A stretch of 64,000 bases of DNA from Octopus sinensis (Eukaryota), in NCBI RefSeq assembly GCF_006345805.1, contig NC_043005.1, positions 69,130,001-69,194,000 on the forward strand, in the 5' to 3' direction. Both the position numbers and the translations under genes were made by a program. The stretch's first letter is position 1, and every line of letters begins with the position of its first letter. Shown here piece by piece: positions 37,520 through 51,534 of this stretch. The notes under the pieces were generated by a model, which saw only the letters and a program-made list of their open reading frames with translations, was not told where the DNA came from and made no database searches.

Positions 37520-39790
37520 TGAAACAGAAAATAGAAGCACCATAATACAATTCCTTTTTCAAAGATAAAATACCACAATCGCACACCAAACCCGACGCAG
37601 CAAGAATTGTTGGTGAGCACATAGGACATATTGACCCGAAGATTATAAATTTCTCAAATAGAAATCTCAACAAGAATGAGATGAATCAATCCCCTAATTT
37701 CATTGAACTAAAAGCTGATATTGAGCACTTTAACCGCTGCTCCTGACTTATAGAATTCTTCGGCAATAAGGATATAAATGACGAATCAAGTGTCAGAATT
37801 GAATAGCACTTCACCCCCTACAAGGGTAATGACAAACGTTTAGGCGCATATATAGACACAATATCGACATTTCCCTTAAGTACCCTTAAATGGAAACGAA
37901 ACTCTCGAGAAGCAGAGAATGAAGCCTTACTAACACTGACGACTGACAATTGAATCATCCTTAAGGACTCCGATAACGGAAGAGCGATAGCATTCATGGA
38001 CAAAGACTACTATAAAGATGAAATATTGGGAATTCTAACGGACCAATCCTACTACAAAGAATACCGAAACACACAGAAAACGTTTATAAATTAATGAATA
38101 CTAAGATTCGTCTACAGACAAAGGAGAAGTATTATTTATGCATCTCTGTATTCAAAAAAGGCATTATCTACGGATTACTCTAACTCCACAAAAGCTCCGC
38201 AATACAGAGATCCATGAATGGGCAGAGGTACAATTACATAAAAATACTATCACCTATTGACCTCAGATTGAGACCAATATCTGCTGGACCTCAAGCACCA
38301 ACACAACAACTGACTCATATTTTGGATATGCTCCTAAAATCATTGTGCCCATTAATACCCAGTTATATACAAGACAGCATAGATTTCCCCACATTCCACC
38401 CATAGTCGTAGAAGGCACTATACCCACAGGATTTAAAGTCACCAATCTTTAAACCAATATAACTTAAACTTTGGGCCTGAAAGCTGTCAACCACTGGGTA
38501 AAGAAACATAGAGGCTGGATAAATGAACGCTTCAACACTGATTTTGAAGCCTTCTACTAGAAGTAGACACCTTTAGATTCGATAACGTAACATATCGACA
38601 TTTAAAACGCACAGCTATGGGGACGCGGTTTGCACCCGTATATGCTAACCTAGTCACGGGATACTTAGAAGAAAAGCTTTATGACGAGGTAGAGAGAGAG
38701 ATGTTAACGATGATTGCAAGACATACGTCTTTAAAAAGTGGAAACGCTCTCTCTATGACAGCTTTATGTTTTGAGACAAATCAAATGAGGACCTACAAAT
38801 ATTTAACAATATGCTCAACACGCTTCACCCATTCATCAATTTCACGAAAGAAACCAGTTGCAATGAATTAGTATTCCTGGATATTCACATAAAAAATACA
38901 CAACTCCACTGTCTTAACAGACATATTTTACAAAAATAGAGCACGCACCAATATTTGAATTTCTACTCAAGCCATCCCACGCAGATCAAAATGAGCATCC
39001 TATACAACATGGCAAAACGTTTCTTTACTACAGTGTTTGACCCCAAAATACGTAAAAGCCTATTCTATGGGCTCAACATCTTCCTAACAAAGTAGAAATA
39101 ACGCTTAGTAATAATCAATAGCATTAAAAGGTGATTAAGCTGAGCATCACACAACTAAGGGAACCAAGGCGAAAAAAGAAGTTAATCAACACACGATTCC
39201 ATTTATCAAAACATTTATCACAATCATGGGATAGCTAACGTTTTTCACATCATAGAATCGCAGCTACCAATACTTCTATAAAGCCCTAAAATGAAAATTC
39301 TGATTGATAAAAAACCCTTACTAAACAGTAGATGCCCGCCAAAAGATCTCAAAGTACCCTTCACAAAAGCAAAATTTACATCAGAGAATGAATCACAATT
39401 ATCCTCAAAAGAATGTTGAGATAGCAGTTGTGGAATATGGAACAACAAGAACAATTTCAAGTATTTAGGAAGTGGTTTCCAAATAAAATTCTATATAGGA
39501 TTCTCGATCAAGGTAAATGCTGATATAAAGTGTCAGCCGTAGAACCTAGTATACTGCATTACATTCCCCAGCTGCAAGGAGAATTACATTGGCAAAACAA
39601 ACAATTCCTCTTACAAACGTGCAAGAATCCACAGGGAACACATCCGACAAAGGGAATTGCGCAAGATGCAAATGAGCAAGCATCTAGAAATATACAATAA
39701 AGGAAAGTTCAAACTTTTATCAAGAGATATCCCAAAATTCCCAAAACAATGGAGACACATATCATCAAAAAATTATGTCCAAAATGAATT
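37520..39790 (+). mobile_element. Decayed, near full-length Penelope-like element (RT plus GIY-YIG endonuclease)
   Basis: Colinear motifs across stops and frameshifts: IINFSNRNL, IILKDSDNGRAIAFMDKDYY, YGLL*LHK, LRPISAGP..PSYIQDS, TAMGTRFAPVYANL, LNTLHPFINFT..LVFLDI, YLNFYSSHP, C*DSSCGIW and NLVYCITFPSCKENYIGKT..RARIH. Confidence 0.9.
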
Positions 39791-40186
39791 GTTTGAAAGA
39801 GAAGCAGAGGCGCTACATTTTGTCAAAAAGATTTGAAAGGGAAACAGTGACAATATGCATGAACACCCACTCCAAATGAAATAAGACTATGAATATTATA
39901 TGGTTTGCTCACACATAAGCTGTGCCCCGCTAATACGCAAGGGAGAAATAATGCAAACGAATGCTCCAAATAACACTATATTGCTGTCTAACAATATTTC
40001 CGTATTAGTGTATACTTGAGGGTTTGGGTTTCTGTCAAGAAAGCTTCTTCTTGGTCATTTTACCACTTTATTATTACATTTTTTAATAGTAATAATAATG
40101 GACGAAGAGAGAGAATTTATATTGCACTGTTACTGTTGTTTCTGTATGTAGATCCAATATTTGCGTGATACTCATCACTATAAACG

Positions 40187-40235
<49 letters not shown>

Positions 40236-41364
40236 CACTGGTATTTTGACAACTGTTGTTCGTATAGTACTTACATATACCCGAGAAAGTATGCTAGAAC
40301 ATCTATACAATTGTTTAGGAAAGATGTCTAACGTACGAGTAGCTAGTTAAAAAAGCAATTCGTGAGAAAGATCTCTTTTGAATTATCTTTTGAATTATCA
40401 AGCAAGAAAAAGAAAAAGAAATCCTACAAAATGATGAAAGATACTCAAAAGTAAATTAAAGCAAACTCTGTTTTTGTATATAATTTATATTCTTTATATC
40501 CTACAGGGTGGCTTCCAGCTAAATATATTATTACACGACTCATTTCTGATGTTTGATTAAATAAATTGAATTATACACCATAACGAACTCAAATTATTAT
40601 TATTTTACTCTGATTTTATTTTCCTAATTCATGAATGTTGTACGAATATTTAATATTTGTTCATGCAAAACACGGAATGTGGGATTTCACAATATAAGTG
40701 TAAACGAATATACATTTTCATAGGACTTTAAATTCTTTTTATTGTCAGTCATGACCGCAGCTTCCTCTCTTTGCTTGACGTTCACATCATACTTCTTAAA
40801 ATGGACATCTAGAAAATATGTATATGTATAAATATGTTGGTAGGAATACAATGAGAAGAAAAATAGGGGGAAGAGAAAAAAGAAAAAAATACATTTTATT
40901 GAAATTTCAGTGCATTGACCACATCATATTTAAAAGAACTTTTTTCCCTCTACCTCTCCCTCACTCTATCTATCTGTGTATTTATCAACCTCTCCTTTAT
41001 TCATCCTTTACTTTCCTTCTTCTTTCTTGATTGTTCTGAAATTTCTGTCTGTCTATTTCCCCCGCTCTGTTTTACTGTCTCTCTTACCCCCTTTTTTTCC
41101 AACGAAAACAATTTTTCTCTTCTTCTAAACAAAGCAAAAAAGATCCGATTCATATAAATGAAAAATTTAACCTTCTGAGTTTATCATTTTAATTTTGTCA
41201 AAATTTCGACTACCTCCGGTTTCTCAAGAATCAATATCTGTACATCACTTCAAAACTATTCAGCCCGATCTCCACTCTGGATAGTCTACGTCACCTACTA
41301 TTCCTAAATCTCTACTGTCTCTCGTCACCGTCACGAAACAGAACAAAATGATGCCTAGAGAAGC

Positions 41365-41878
41365 GGATATCATGCTAGACACAATGGAACAATGTTATGT
41401 TCCATAATTAATCCCCAACCACCATTTTTCCTACTTCCTCTTGAACTTCTCTCGCAAGACACCTGAAACAAGCATTCAACACTGATTGCTTGGAAGTTAC
41501 TGCGATGCATTGAAACGGTAGTGTGAAATTCTCTTGGCCCTTTGGTTTTTCTATGTGTACTATTAAGGTGAAAGATTATTTGTATATATTCACTGACGAT
41601 GTGCATCTTGTAGCCTCAAAGTTGATCCCTTGAAATAATGCAATGTCCTAGAATAATACTGCGCGGATTCACACTGTTTATTCACTATTCGGAATGAACT
41701 CCGCAGTCAACGAATCGCGATAAAATTGGGAGTGTATGATTAATTTTGGAGCGGCAGATGAGAGACCACATGCAGCTGTTGCCGTCACTGTATGAGCCAA
41801 AGCCGTTTTAATGCGAGAATGGGTCAGAGTGTCTCTTGCAACGTTTCAGAACCTGTACGAAACAACTCTTCCACGTCT
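41365..41878 (+). mobile_element. Highly decayed Tc1-type transposase relic
   Basis: QWNNVMFHN*SPTTIFPT (cf. QWKNVIFSDES..LFPT), SLGPLVFL, DYLYIFTDDVHL, *NNTARIHT (cf. QDDNAPIHT) and LMREWVRVSLATFQNLYE. Confidence 0.7.
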
Positions 41879-42129
41879 ATATTTAACCAACACATTTAAT
41901 AAATACATACATCTATACATATACATAAATAGACACACACACTCACCGGTATGTGTGTGTATGTGTGTGTGTGTTTGTGTGTGTGTATGTATGCATGTAT
42001 GTTTATTGATTTCGGCCATAGCATTTACTTCTGTAGTATTTCTGGATTTCATCTTTGATCCACTAATTGTATCAATATATTAAAAAAGTACTATAAGAAA
42101 TGCTTTCACATACAAGCCAAATAATTTTC

Positions 42130-43130
42130 ATTCCTACTGCAGGACATATAATTGCACGTGTCTATAAATGTTCAAGTGTCCGCTGTGTTTTGCTTTGATT
42201 TGCATTTACTTTATTCATAAGTTTTCAGCGGCTGGTAGATTTTTTCTACCCATGTCAAAAGCAGTTTTATTTTATAGGGCACAAAAATGTTTCTCCTTTC
42301 GTGCGGATTTGTTTATTGTATGGAATGCTTTCTGGCTTCTCTGATGACATGATTTTATGGGGATAATGGTTATTTCTTACGGTTGAATACCGTTTCAAGT
42401 CTTTTAAGCATTCTTTTTAGTTTTCTCATAATCAAATATTGTGCTTGATCAGAGCTTCGCAGAAATTGATATAAATTTGTTGGGTATAATTCTTTGATGT
42501 TTAAAAATTGATGCTTTTATATGAGCTTTAACATTGTAATTGCCTAATTGCTTTTTAATTTATTAGAGTATCCAGAAATAATAATTCATGTTTGCTGTTG
42601 TTTAAACTTAGGATTTGTCCATAGCATATTTTCTTTTTAATTTTCTGGATAGAGTTTCGCTGATACTTCTGTTTCTCTTGCAAAGCTAATAATGATCATT
42701 TTCTGCGCAACTGTGCATGACTTCTGTTCCCCAGAATCCCATAATTAGCATGTCATTTCAGCGTGGCTAGTTAACGAAGAATGATAAAAAAATTCCAATT
42801 GAAATAGAAGTAGTTTTCATTAGAATAGGTTTGGCGGTATACATAATACAGTCGGGTGAAAACAAATCTGGGGCGCAATTTTTTGCCTTTGTTTTCCTCC
42901 ACGAATTTAGATGCACTAACAAAGCTGTAGCGGAGTATACAACACGAAGATTTACAATTCTAGAAGTTGAAAGGATCGGCATAATATATATATCCTTACG
43001 AATGTAATCCTACATAAAAACATACCGATTGTAAAATGTCATATTTTGATAACTCTATGGGATATGGTCTTCGTTGTGTGCTGTTAGGGATCTTTTACCT
43101 AGTATCTTTGGGATAATGTTTCACGTCAGG
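42130..43130 (-). mobile_element. Very old Penelope-like RT relic
   Basis: Scattered but ordered motifs on the minus strand: IPKIL..RP, NYFYFNWNF, R*NDMLI and HELLFLDTLI. Confidence 0.45.
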
Positions 43131-44745
43131 TTTTTTCACCAACTGAAAACGAAATGTTTCAAAATTTCCAGGTCGCATGTAGATCTTGCCATAACTTTGA
43201 AAATAGTTTGTCAATGTCATTTAAAGTAAAACCAAAATTTATGATTTATGTTTCTTAGGTAAATAAAATAGCCCAACAATCTTGACAACTTTCATACTTT
43301 TAATCTAACAACTTTTAAATGTCACAACGATCGAAGAAATGCTCTTTACAGAATTATATGTTAATAAACCACACATTTTCATTGTCCTCGACATCCTTCA
43401 TATCTCCTATTTGTGGAATTGACTACGTTAAAATCCAGATTTACTGTGCTTGATTTAGTTTGGTTATTAAAGCAAAACAGTTGAGACATGCTTTGTGGAA
43501 TCTTTAATTGTTTCTTATGAAAATTTCTATTTCGTATTTAATCTTACTGCTAAAATTGTGAGATTACATGGGACAAGGTCACTTCTTGTAACACGATGAA
43601 AGCCTCTAGAAAGAACTTCACGGAATGTATGCTGTTCATAGAACTTTGCTATCACGAACCTGCATTTGCTTACTTTATAACTTTTCACAATTCTGAGAAT
43701 ACATTTCCAGGGGACAGATAATTTTAATAATTTGTATTTCAGAAATATAACTAGTTGTGAGAAAAGAAAATGCTAAAATAGCCCTGATGCCTTCTATAAT
43801 ATTTTTGGATGCTACACTTAACCTAAGCAAAGAAACAAAATCAGAAATTTTGTAAAGAAAGCTGACCTTACATTTACATGAACTTGGATGATCCAGATAA
43901 TGACTGGACACCCCGTATATTACGTAAAACGTATTTAAACACTGAGACTGGCTGTTTCAAATACTTAACCAGAATGTTTCCTGTATTTTTCTGATATTGC
44001 TGGTCGAGGAATTTTGGAGATCAAGTTGTGGAATTGAAAAGGAAGGGTTGAAGGCTTTTGCTCTAATTGTGTCTGATTGTGCCGCGAAACCTGTGTTCTA
44101 GTACTGAGTTGCAACGTCAGTTTAAAAGTTAATTTCGTGCTTTGTCATCTGGACCACTACCTTGAGAATCATAGCGTAATGGGTGACGGACCAAGAGAAT
44201 GATTCCACTAAGTCATCAAGACCACAGAGATTAGTTATCGAGGAAGATGGAATAGAAACATGATGGCTGAATACTGCTAGTGTCTGCAAAGAACCAACCA
44301 ATTCACGCGAAACTGTAAAGAGAAATCGCATTCCAATTCTAGTTGAATCTCCAGTTTGACAGAAATATTTATTCTCAGATGAGCTATTAAACATTTTGTG
44401 TAACATATATTTTAAATAAATATATTGATCGTTGTTAGTTTCTTATTTAAGTATTGCTTTTAATGACAGCATGGGCATTTATTGGTAAAAAATTAATTCC
44501 CGCTTAACTAAAAGCCATGACGTGAAACATACATTTTGAAGACGTTTCTGAACACAGCACCATCAAATTAGGTACGACTATTTGCAATAATCAAAAGAAC
44601 TAAAAGCGCTTTCAAAAATATTCCTGCGTGTAAATTACAAGAAATCTCTTTGTCAATTTTGTGTAATTTATTTTCCCACTTAATCACTAAACTTTCTCAA
44701 ATGCATACACAACTACATACACAAAACTAACCATCTCGCTCTCTG

Positions 44746-44841
<96 letters not shown>

Positions 44842-45370
44842 AGTTTTGTCTAGTGAATGTTTTAAAAAAAGATGGGTGAATGTAGCAAGAATGGCACGTA
44901 TGAATGACGAAGCCACCTTGACTATGATTCTATGAACCGTAAAAATTAATACAGAGAGTTGCTTATTTGCAAAAAAAAAAAAAAGAAATATAACATGTGA
45001 CTTCATTGACCGAGGTTACCGTGGTCTTTTCCGTAGGCTTTTCTTTCCACGGGTAAACCTCACCTGTCCCCCCCTTTACACTTCATATTGACATTTCTGT
45101 GATAACGATCCCTATTGATCAATTTTTTTTCCTCTCCCCCTTTTTTTAACCCCCCCTTTTTTTTTTTTTTTTTGTCCTCTTTCTCTCCTTTTACGATCCC
45201 TTTTGATCGACCCCCCCTTTTTTATTTTATTTTTATTTTATTTTATTTTTTTCTTATTTTTTATTTTTTTTTATTTTTTATTTTTTATTTTTTTTAAACC
45301 TTCAAAAGAAAAGCTCTACCTTGTAATTTGTTCTATCTGTGTGCAGCCCTGTGTGGCTAATAAAGAAACA
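44842..45370 (+). mobile_element. Tx1/L1-like LINE 3' end (copy 1) inserted in (CTAT)n
   Basis: Near-identical to 46115-46618: ORF end KKRWVNVARMARMNDEAT, then a 3' UTR ending ctaataaagaaaca(TATC)n. CTAT tracts on both sides. Confidence 0.88.
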
Positions 45371-45395
45371 TATCTATCTATCTATCCATCCATCC

Positions 45396-45446
<51 letters not shown>

Positions 45447-45449
45447 ATA

Positions 45450-45482
<33 letters not shown>

Positions 45483-45519
45483 GTTTAAATATCTATCTAT
45501 CTATCTATCTATCTATCTA

Positions 45520-46618
45520 ACAAGCAACTCTGCCGTCCTGGGTCGACCTTAAGTGACTTCAACACAACCAAAGCATTCTATAGGGGTTTAGTGGAGGGGA
45601 GGTACGACGACGAGCTCGGGGCGAACCTGGACGTCGACGAGGAGTACCTGACCCGCCTGTTCGGGACGACTTTCGGGCCAGGGCCCATGGACAACTTCCA
45701 GAGATCCCTGGCCTGGCAGTGCTACCGAGAAGCGCTACCCGTTCGGGATAAGCTCTACAGACACGGCTCGAGAAACACGGGGCCGACCTGCCCGAGATGC
45801 GGTCAGAGCGACGAAACCGTTCTGCACGCACTCGTTCAGTGTCCAACAATTTCCGACCTGTGGGCTTATGTCGAACAACTGCTGTCACGTGTGGGACGAG
45901 TCGGTTTATCAGCTGAGTCTATCGTCAATATTGTCACGCCTCCTTCCTTCAAACGGGAAGGAAGAGCTATTTTCATCATCCCTGTGGCTATGGCGAAAGA
46001 ATGTATCTGGTGGACGCGTCTGAAAGGATTGGAGACAAAGACTTTCCTCTCTGGTCAATCTCTCATCAACTTCTTCAAGTACCACTTGAAAAGGAAAGTG
46101 AGAGTAGAGAGGCAAGTTTTGTCTAGCGAATGTTTTAAAAAAAGATGGGTGAATGTAGCAAGAATGGCACGTATGAATGACGAAGCCACCTTGAGCATAG
46201 TCCTATGAACCAAGAAATCGAAAACAGAGAGTTGCTTATTTGCAAAAAAAAAAAAAAAAAAAAAGAAATATAAAATGTGACTTCATTGACCGAGGTTACC
46301 GTGGTCTTTTCCGCAGGCTTTTCTTTCCACGGGTAAACCTCACCTGTCCTCCCCTTTACACTTCATATTGACATTTCTGTGATAACGATCCCTATTGATC
46401 ATTTTTTTTTCCTCTCCCCCCCTTTTTTTAAATTTTTTTTTTAACCCCCCTTATTTTTGTCCTCTTTCTCTCCTTTTACGATCCCTTTTGATCGAACCTC
46501 CCCCTTCCTTTTTTTTTTTTTTTTTTCTTTTTTTTTTCTTTTAATACCTTCAAAAGAAAAGCTCTACCTTGTAATTTGTTCTATCTGTGTGCAGCCCTGT
46601 GTGGCTAATAAAGAAACA
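45520..46618 (+). mobile_element. Tx1/L1-like LINE 3' end (copy 2) with a zf-RVT-type CCHC domain, inserted in (CTAT)n
   Basis: 205-aa ORF with LAWQCYREALPVRDKL..TCPRCGQSDETVLHALVQCP..LW..AKECIWWTR, typical of an L1/Tx1 ORF2 C-terminus. CpG-rich (young) and flanked by CTAT tracts. Confidence 0.88.
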
Positions 46619-46650
46619 TATCTATCTATCTATCTATTTATCTATCTATA

Positions 46651-46685
<35 letters not shown>

Positions 46686-48470
46686 ATATCTATCTATCTA
46701 TCTAGCTATCTATCTATCTATCTGGCAGTCTCTGTCTATCTGTCGATCTATCTATTTATCTGGGAGTCTCTGTCTGTCTGTCGATCTATCTATCTATCTG
46801 ACTGTCTGTCTAACTGCAGATTTATTTGATAGACATAAATAGTTATGATAGTTCATAGACGTAAAAATTACGATCAAATATAAATGCAAACAAATATAAT
46901 ACTTAAGCATTTTTGTGAATTGTTTAAACAGTCCATGACTGGACTTCCAATGTCTTTGCAAACCACATCCTATAAATACTTCGCAATATAACTATTTCTG
47001 TACACTCGAAAAGATGTTGATGTTGTATGAAATGATATGAAGTGGGTAAAATTGATTTAATATTTTTTTGCTTTTATTTCAATACCAATTAGAGATGTCA
47101 ATGCCTTGTTCAACTTTCAAAAGACTTTATAATTAGATTATATAAAAAATTTGTATTTCAAGAAACTTTCCGCCAAATCTAATTATGCAATCTTGTCTTT
47201 TTTCGTTATGTCATCCAACCAAGCAATTCTTCTAACTAACTCCTGCTGTGTATTTTACTTTCTTTTATAAGTTTTGTTTTGTTATTCGTAACTTTTGTGT
47301 CTTCTTTCAAAGTATAAAGATTATTTCTGAAATAATTACATTTGTTTATTAGAAGTGTTGTGAAATATCATTGTACATATGTTTGAAGACAGATATTTAT
47401 TTTAAAGACAAATTTAATTTTATAATGCTGTTAAAGTATGCATATTTGAACGTATAAAACGAAAACCAAAATAACTTAACACCGGAAATATCAATGAAAA
47501 TGCAATCGTGCTTCTCGTGTTATTTCAAAATTCTAAATGTCATCCCATTATTAATGAAATAATGAAAAAATGTTGTGAGGATCTGGACAAAAGTTTAGTG
47601 AAAAGCATAATACATACATGCAAGAAAAAAAATTAATGTGTTTAATGAGTCGGAAACATATGAAAGAAAAAATATTTGATGAATCAGTGATTTCTGTGTT
47701 TCAATAATTTTTAAAGGTCGAGGGAAAGGAAATAAAATCTTGAGATAAATATATATTTTTACTTATGTTAACATCTGAATTTTTAGGTGAAATTTCTACA
47801 ATTGATTAAAATTCCAACGGTTTAGAAACATAAACAGCTTGTTCGCTTAATCTCCGTTATATAATTGATATTTATTTGCAAATACAGTTTTTGCTCTTGG
47901 TCACATAATAAATTGTTCAATTTTTGAGCAAATATGGTAATTTTAAATCATGCATTTTTATAGCTCGATCATCTTTGAAGATTCCCATTTCTGGGAAGAT
48001 TGCGATTGATTAGAACGAAATGAAAGATAGTCAAATAGAAATTGGAAATGCTCTCCCGTTGCCTGTTCCTTCTTTCTACAAAATCCAGTTGGGTGTGGCT
48101 TGCAGGCTACATAACGGTACATAAAATAATAAATTCATTCTACTCAGTCTATCTATTTAACAGTCGTAGAAAAATGCAGCTCACCATTTAAATCAGCATA
48201 TATATGGGTGTATGTTTGATTTAATAACCGATTTTTGTGTGAATTTATGTATATATACATACGTTCATACATACATAAATGTATATATACACATACATAC
48301 ACACGCACATACACTCACACACACACTCACACATACACACATACATACACACACACACACACACATACATATATATATATATGTTCATACAAAAATACAT
48401 AAATACATATATATTTATATAATGATGGGTCGAAACGATCGTTGCACAAAACACACAAAGACACACACAC

Positions 48471-48507
<37 letters not shown>

Positions 48508-48534
48508 TACACATATATATGTGTATATATGTTT

Positions 48535-48612
48535 GTTCGGCTAAAATGTTTCAAATCGTTACTCCAGCTTGGCCACAGTCAAATGACTGAAACAAGTAAA
48601 AGAATAAAAGAA
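48535..48612 (+). mobile_element. 3' tail fragment of SINE family 2
   Basis: ctccagcttggccacagtcaaatgactgaaacaagtaaaagaataaaagaa. Confidence 0.75.
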
Positions 48613-49399
48613 CAAATGAATATATGTTTGTGTCTGTGTGTGTCTGCGTATTTTACCTGAGTTAGTCCTAATTTCGTCCCGTTAACCCATTGCTTTGGCC
48701 AAAGAAAAATATACATTAAGTACCAGGATTTAAAACGTACATACCGGGTTAGATTCCTTCCACTACATGCTGTCAAGTCAGTTTCCCAACAGAGGCAATA
48801 TGGGACACAGGCACAGAGAAAGAGTTAAAACGACATAGATGAGAGACGGTGTGGTGTATTGATATTAATAACTCACTCCACGCCAAGCGAATCTTTTCAT
48901 GCTTATATTTCTTTTCTTTAGAAATCTAACAATTAAAATGCGCAGATCACGAACGGAAGCGCTAGTAAAATTATTACAGTGAAATTAGAACTTATGATAA
49001 CATAAGTTTTCATACTTATGAAAATAAAATGAGAAATTCATTTTTAATTTACTTTGTAATTCATTCTGTGCAAGAATTCTTTTTTTTTATACGTATGTTG
49101 TTTATATATTAGTCTCTATTTCAGGAATAATTATACTCTAATAATAAATGAAGTATGATAAGTATTGACTACACATTCATAATGTTCTTAAGGTAATTGC
49201 TGACATGTGTAAAGCGGAATTGGGCCTCCTGAATTAATGTGTAATTATGTTGTACTTCTATGGTTTTCGAATGCTAATCGATTTTTAATTACTGATAAAT
49301 CCCTCATGCAATTCCCGAGTAACAATGGTATACCTAATCGTGTTCCATTATAATGTACCGTAAAAGAGGGAATACAAAGGAGTGAAAGAGAGAGAGAGA

Positions 49400-49635
49400 G
49401 GAGAAATGGAAAGGCAAGAAAAGACGTCAACAAGAAACTATGACATAACAACCAGCCAGGAACAGTCTTCGCTACATTTGCGGCACCTGCCAGAGGGAGT
49501 GTTTGTCCAGGATAGGACTACACAGCCACAGCAGGAAATGTATTAGGACAAGAAATGTAAAAGCCGGACTAGATTATTATATGCGCAACTCCATTTTTTT
49601 CCGAAACAAAAAGGATGCCAACAACAACAACAACG
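49400..49635 (+). mobile_element. RTE (BovB-like) LINE 3' end with a terminal zinc finger and (CAA)n tail
   Basis: YICGTCQRECLSRIGLHSHSRKC matches the C-terminal C-x2-C..SRIGL.SH motif of BovB-like RTEs. The short UTR ends ggatgccaacaacaacaacaac. Confidence 0.8.
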
Positions 49636-49897
49636 TATGAATTATTGGTCATTTAATGATGCATATGATAATTTATTCAATTATTTACGTAATATTAACC
49701 CCAACAAGGCAAACGAATTAGAGAAAATATACTCATCCAGCTCGATGCCCACAACAGGCAACTAGGAATAAAATATATCCTTCAACTTATCGTTAAAAAT
49801 TCCTCATCATTTGTATTTAAGACAAAGTAATCAATATACATGAAACAAGCTCACAATATATTCATTAAGAACGGCATGGAAATATTACACACACACG

Positions 49898-49930
<33 letters not shown>

Positions 49931-50545
49931 CCTTAAATCCTTTAAAATATTTTAGCCCCAAGGCCGCGGCCATGCTGGGGCACTACCACTGAATGAGCTA
50001 CACTAATATGTGAATCCACCTCTGATACGTGGCACCTGATCAACAAAGGAGTTCGATGCCGCTGCCCGCATCTGTGTCTCCTGTCATGAGGTAGGTTCAT
50101 CCAGGACTCCCGACAAGAAGAGATCCAGGTTAGTCTTAAAGAAACCCACATCCACACCATGTAAGTCTCTCAGGCATTTAGGGAGGATGTTAAAGAGCTG
50201 TGGTCCTCTGAAACCCAAGCTGTTGCAGTACCTGGACCAGTATTTTCATGGTGATGTTGGAATCTGCGGATGGGGTAACTTTAAATGCCAAAGTTTGGGA
50301 CAAGCTCCTCAAGGATTTTCCAGATGTATATCACCGCATATCTCTTCCGCCTTCGCTCTAGGGAGAAGAGGTTTAATATTTTCAGTCTTTCCCAGTAGCT
50401 GATATTTTGCATTGAGACGATCGTCTTTGTGTTGCTTCTTTGAATTGCTTCGAGTTCTGCTGTTAGTTTTGTATTGTGTGGTGACCATACTTGGGAGCAG
50501 TAGTCCAAGCGGCTGAGGACGAATGTTTTCCAGAGGACCATCAGT

Positions 50546-50552
<7 letters not shown>
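49931..50552 (-). mobile_element. 5'-truncated CR1/L2-group LINE 3' end inserted in (TA)n
   Basis: LWKTFVLSRLDYCSQVWSPH..ELEAIQR..SYWERLKILNLFSLERRR. The 3' end is gtgccccagcatggccgc plus a hairpin and aaggatt repeats. Confidence 0.9.
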
Positions 50553-50576
<24 letters not shown>

Positions 50577-50679
50577 CTTATTTTCACATACATAGATAAA
50601 TTAAAAAACAAATCATGCGCATAATATAAAGTGACGAAAATGTTATTCAAAAACAGTATTAACTTCAGAATATGCAGAA

Positions 50680-50858
50680 TGGCGGGAGTGACTGTGTGGT
50701 AAGTAGCCTGCTCACCAACCACATGGTTCCGGGTTTATCCCTAATGCATGGCGTCTTGTGCAAGTGTCCTTTACTATAGCCTCGGGCCGACAAAACCCTT
50801 GTGGGTGGATGTGGTTAATGGAAACTGAAAGAATTCCGTGGTATATATATATATATAC

Positions 50859-50939
<81 letters not shown>

Positions 50940-50950
50940 ATATTATATAT

Positions 50951-50985
<35 letters not shown>

Positions 50986-51210
50986 GGGTCCATATGTCTG
51001 TGTGTCTGTGTTTGCCCCCCCCCAGCATTACTTGACAATCGATGCTGGTGTGCTTCCGTCCCCGTAACATAGCGTTTCGGCAAAAGAGACCGATATAATA
51101 AGTACTAGCCTTACAGAGAATAAGTCCTGGGGCCGATTTGCTCGATTAAAAGCGGTGCTCCAGCATGACCGCAATCAAATGACTGAAACAAGTAAAAGAG
51201 TAAAAGAGTA
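50680..51210 (+). mobile_element. tRNA-derived CORE-like SINE family 2, with an expanded internal (TA)n
   Basis: Head gagtgactgtgtggtaag..ggttccgggttt, CORE-like cttgtgcaagtgtc, and tail ccagcatgaccgc..gactgaaac(aagagta)n. Confidence 0.9.
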
Positions 51211-51534
51211 ATGATTCGGTAAAAAAAGAATAGAACAGGATTGAAATCAACTACTTCAGGGAACAAATATCGAGCGCAGACATGTAATTTATTAGCATTT
51301 TCGGAAACGATATTTGACGGGAGAAATAAAAAATTCATAGTCATGTACAGTGTGTCACTGGAAATATACAGCCCTGTAATCATTTCACGTACACAAATAC
51401 CTACATACCCAGAATCCTACACTTGTGATGTGATTGCAATGTATCGTACCGATATTTTAAAATAAAATAGTGTATGCTCTTATTCAAACGTAAGTTGATA
51501 CAAAATTAAATCATGTTTTCAAAGTAAATATATA

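Noticed and set aside
43885-43918. ggacaccccgta, resembling a Tc1/mariner TIR (TACAGGGTGTCC type)
   Set aside because: No partner TIR or transposase remnant was found nearby, so it was left unannotated.
45559-45888. Arg-rich antisense ORF and CpG-rich island
   Set aside because: It is the antisense shadow of the young Tx1-like ORF, not a host promoter or gene.
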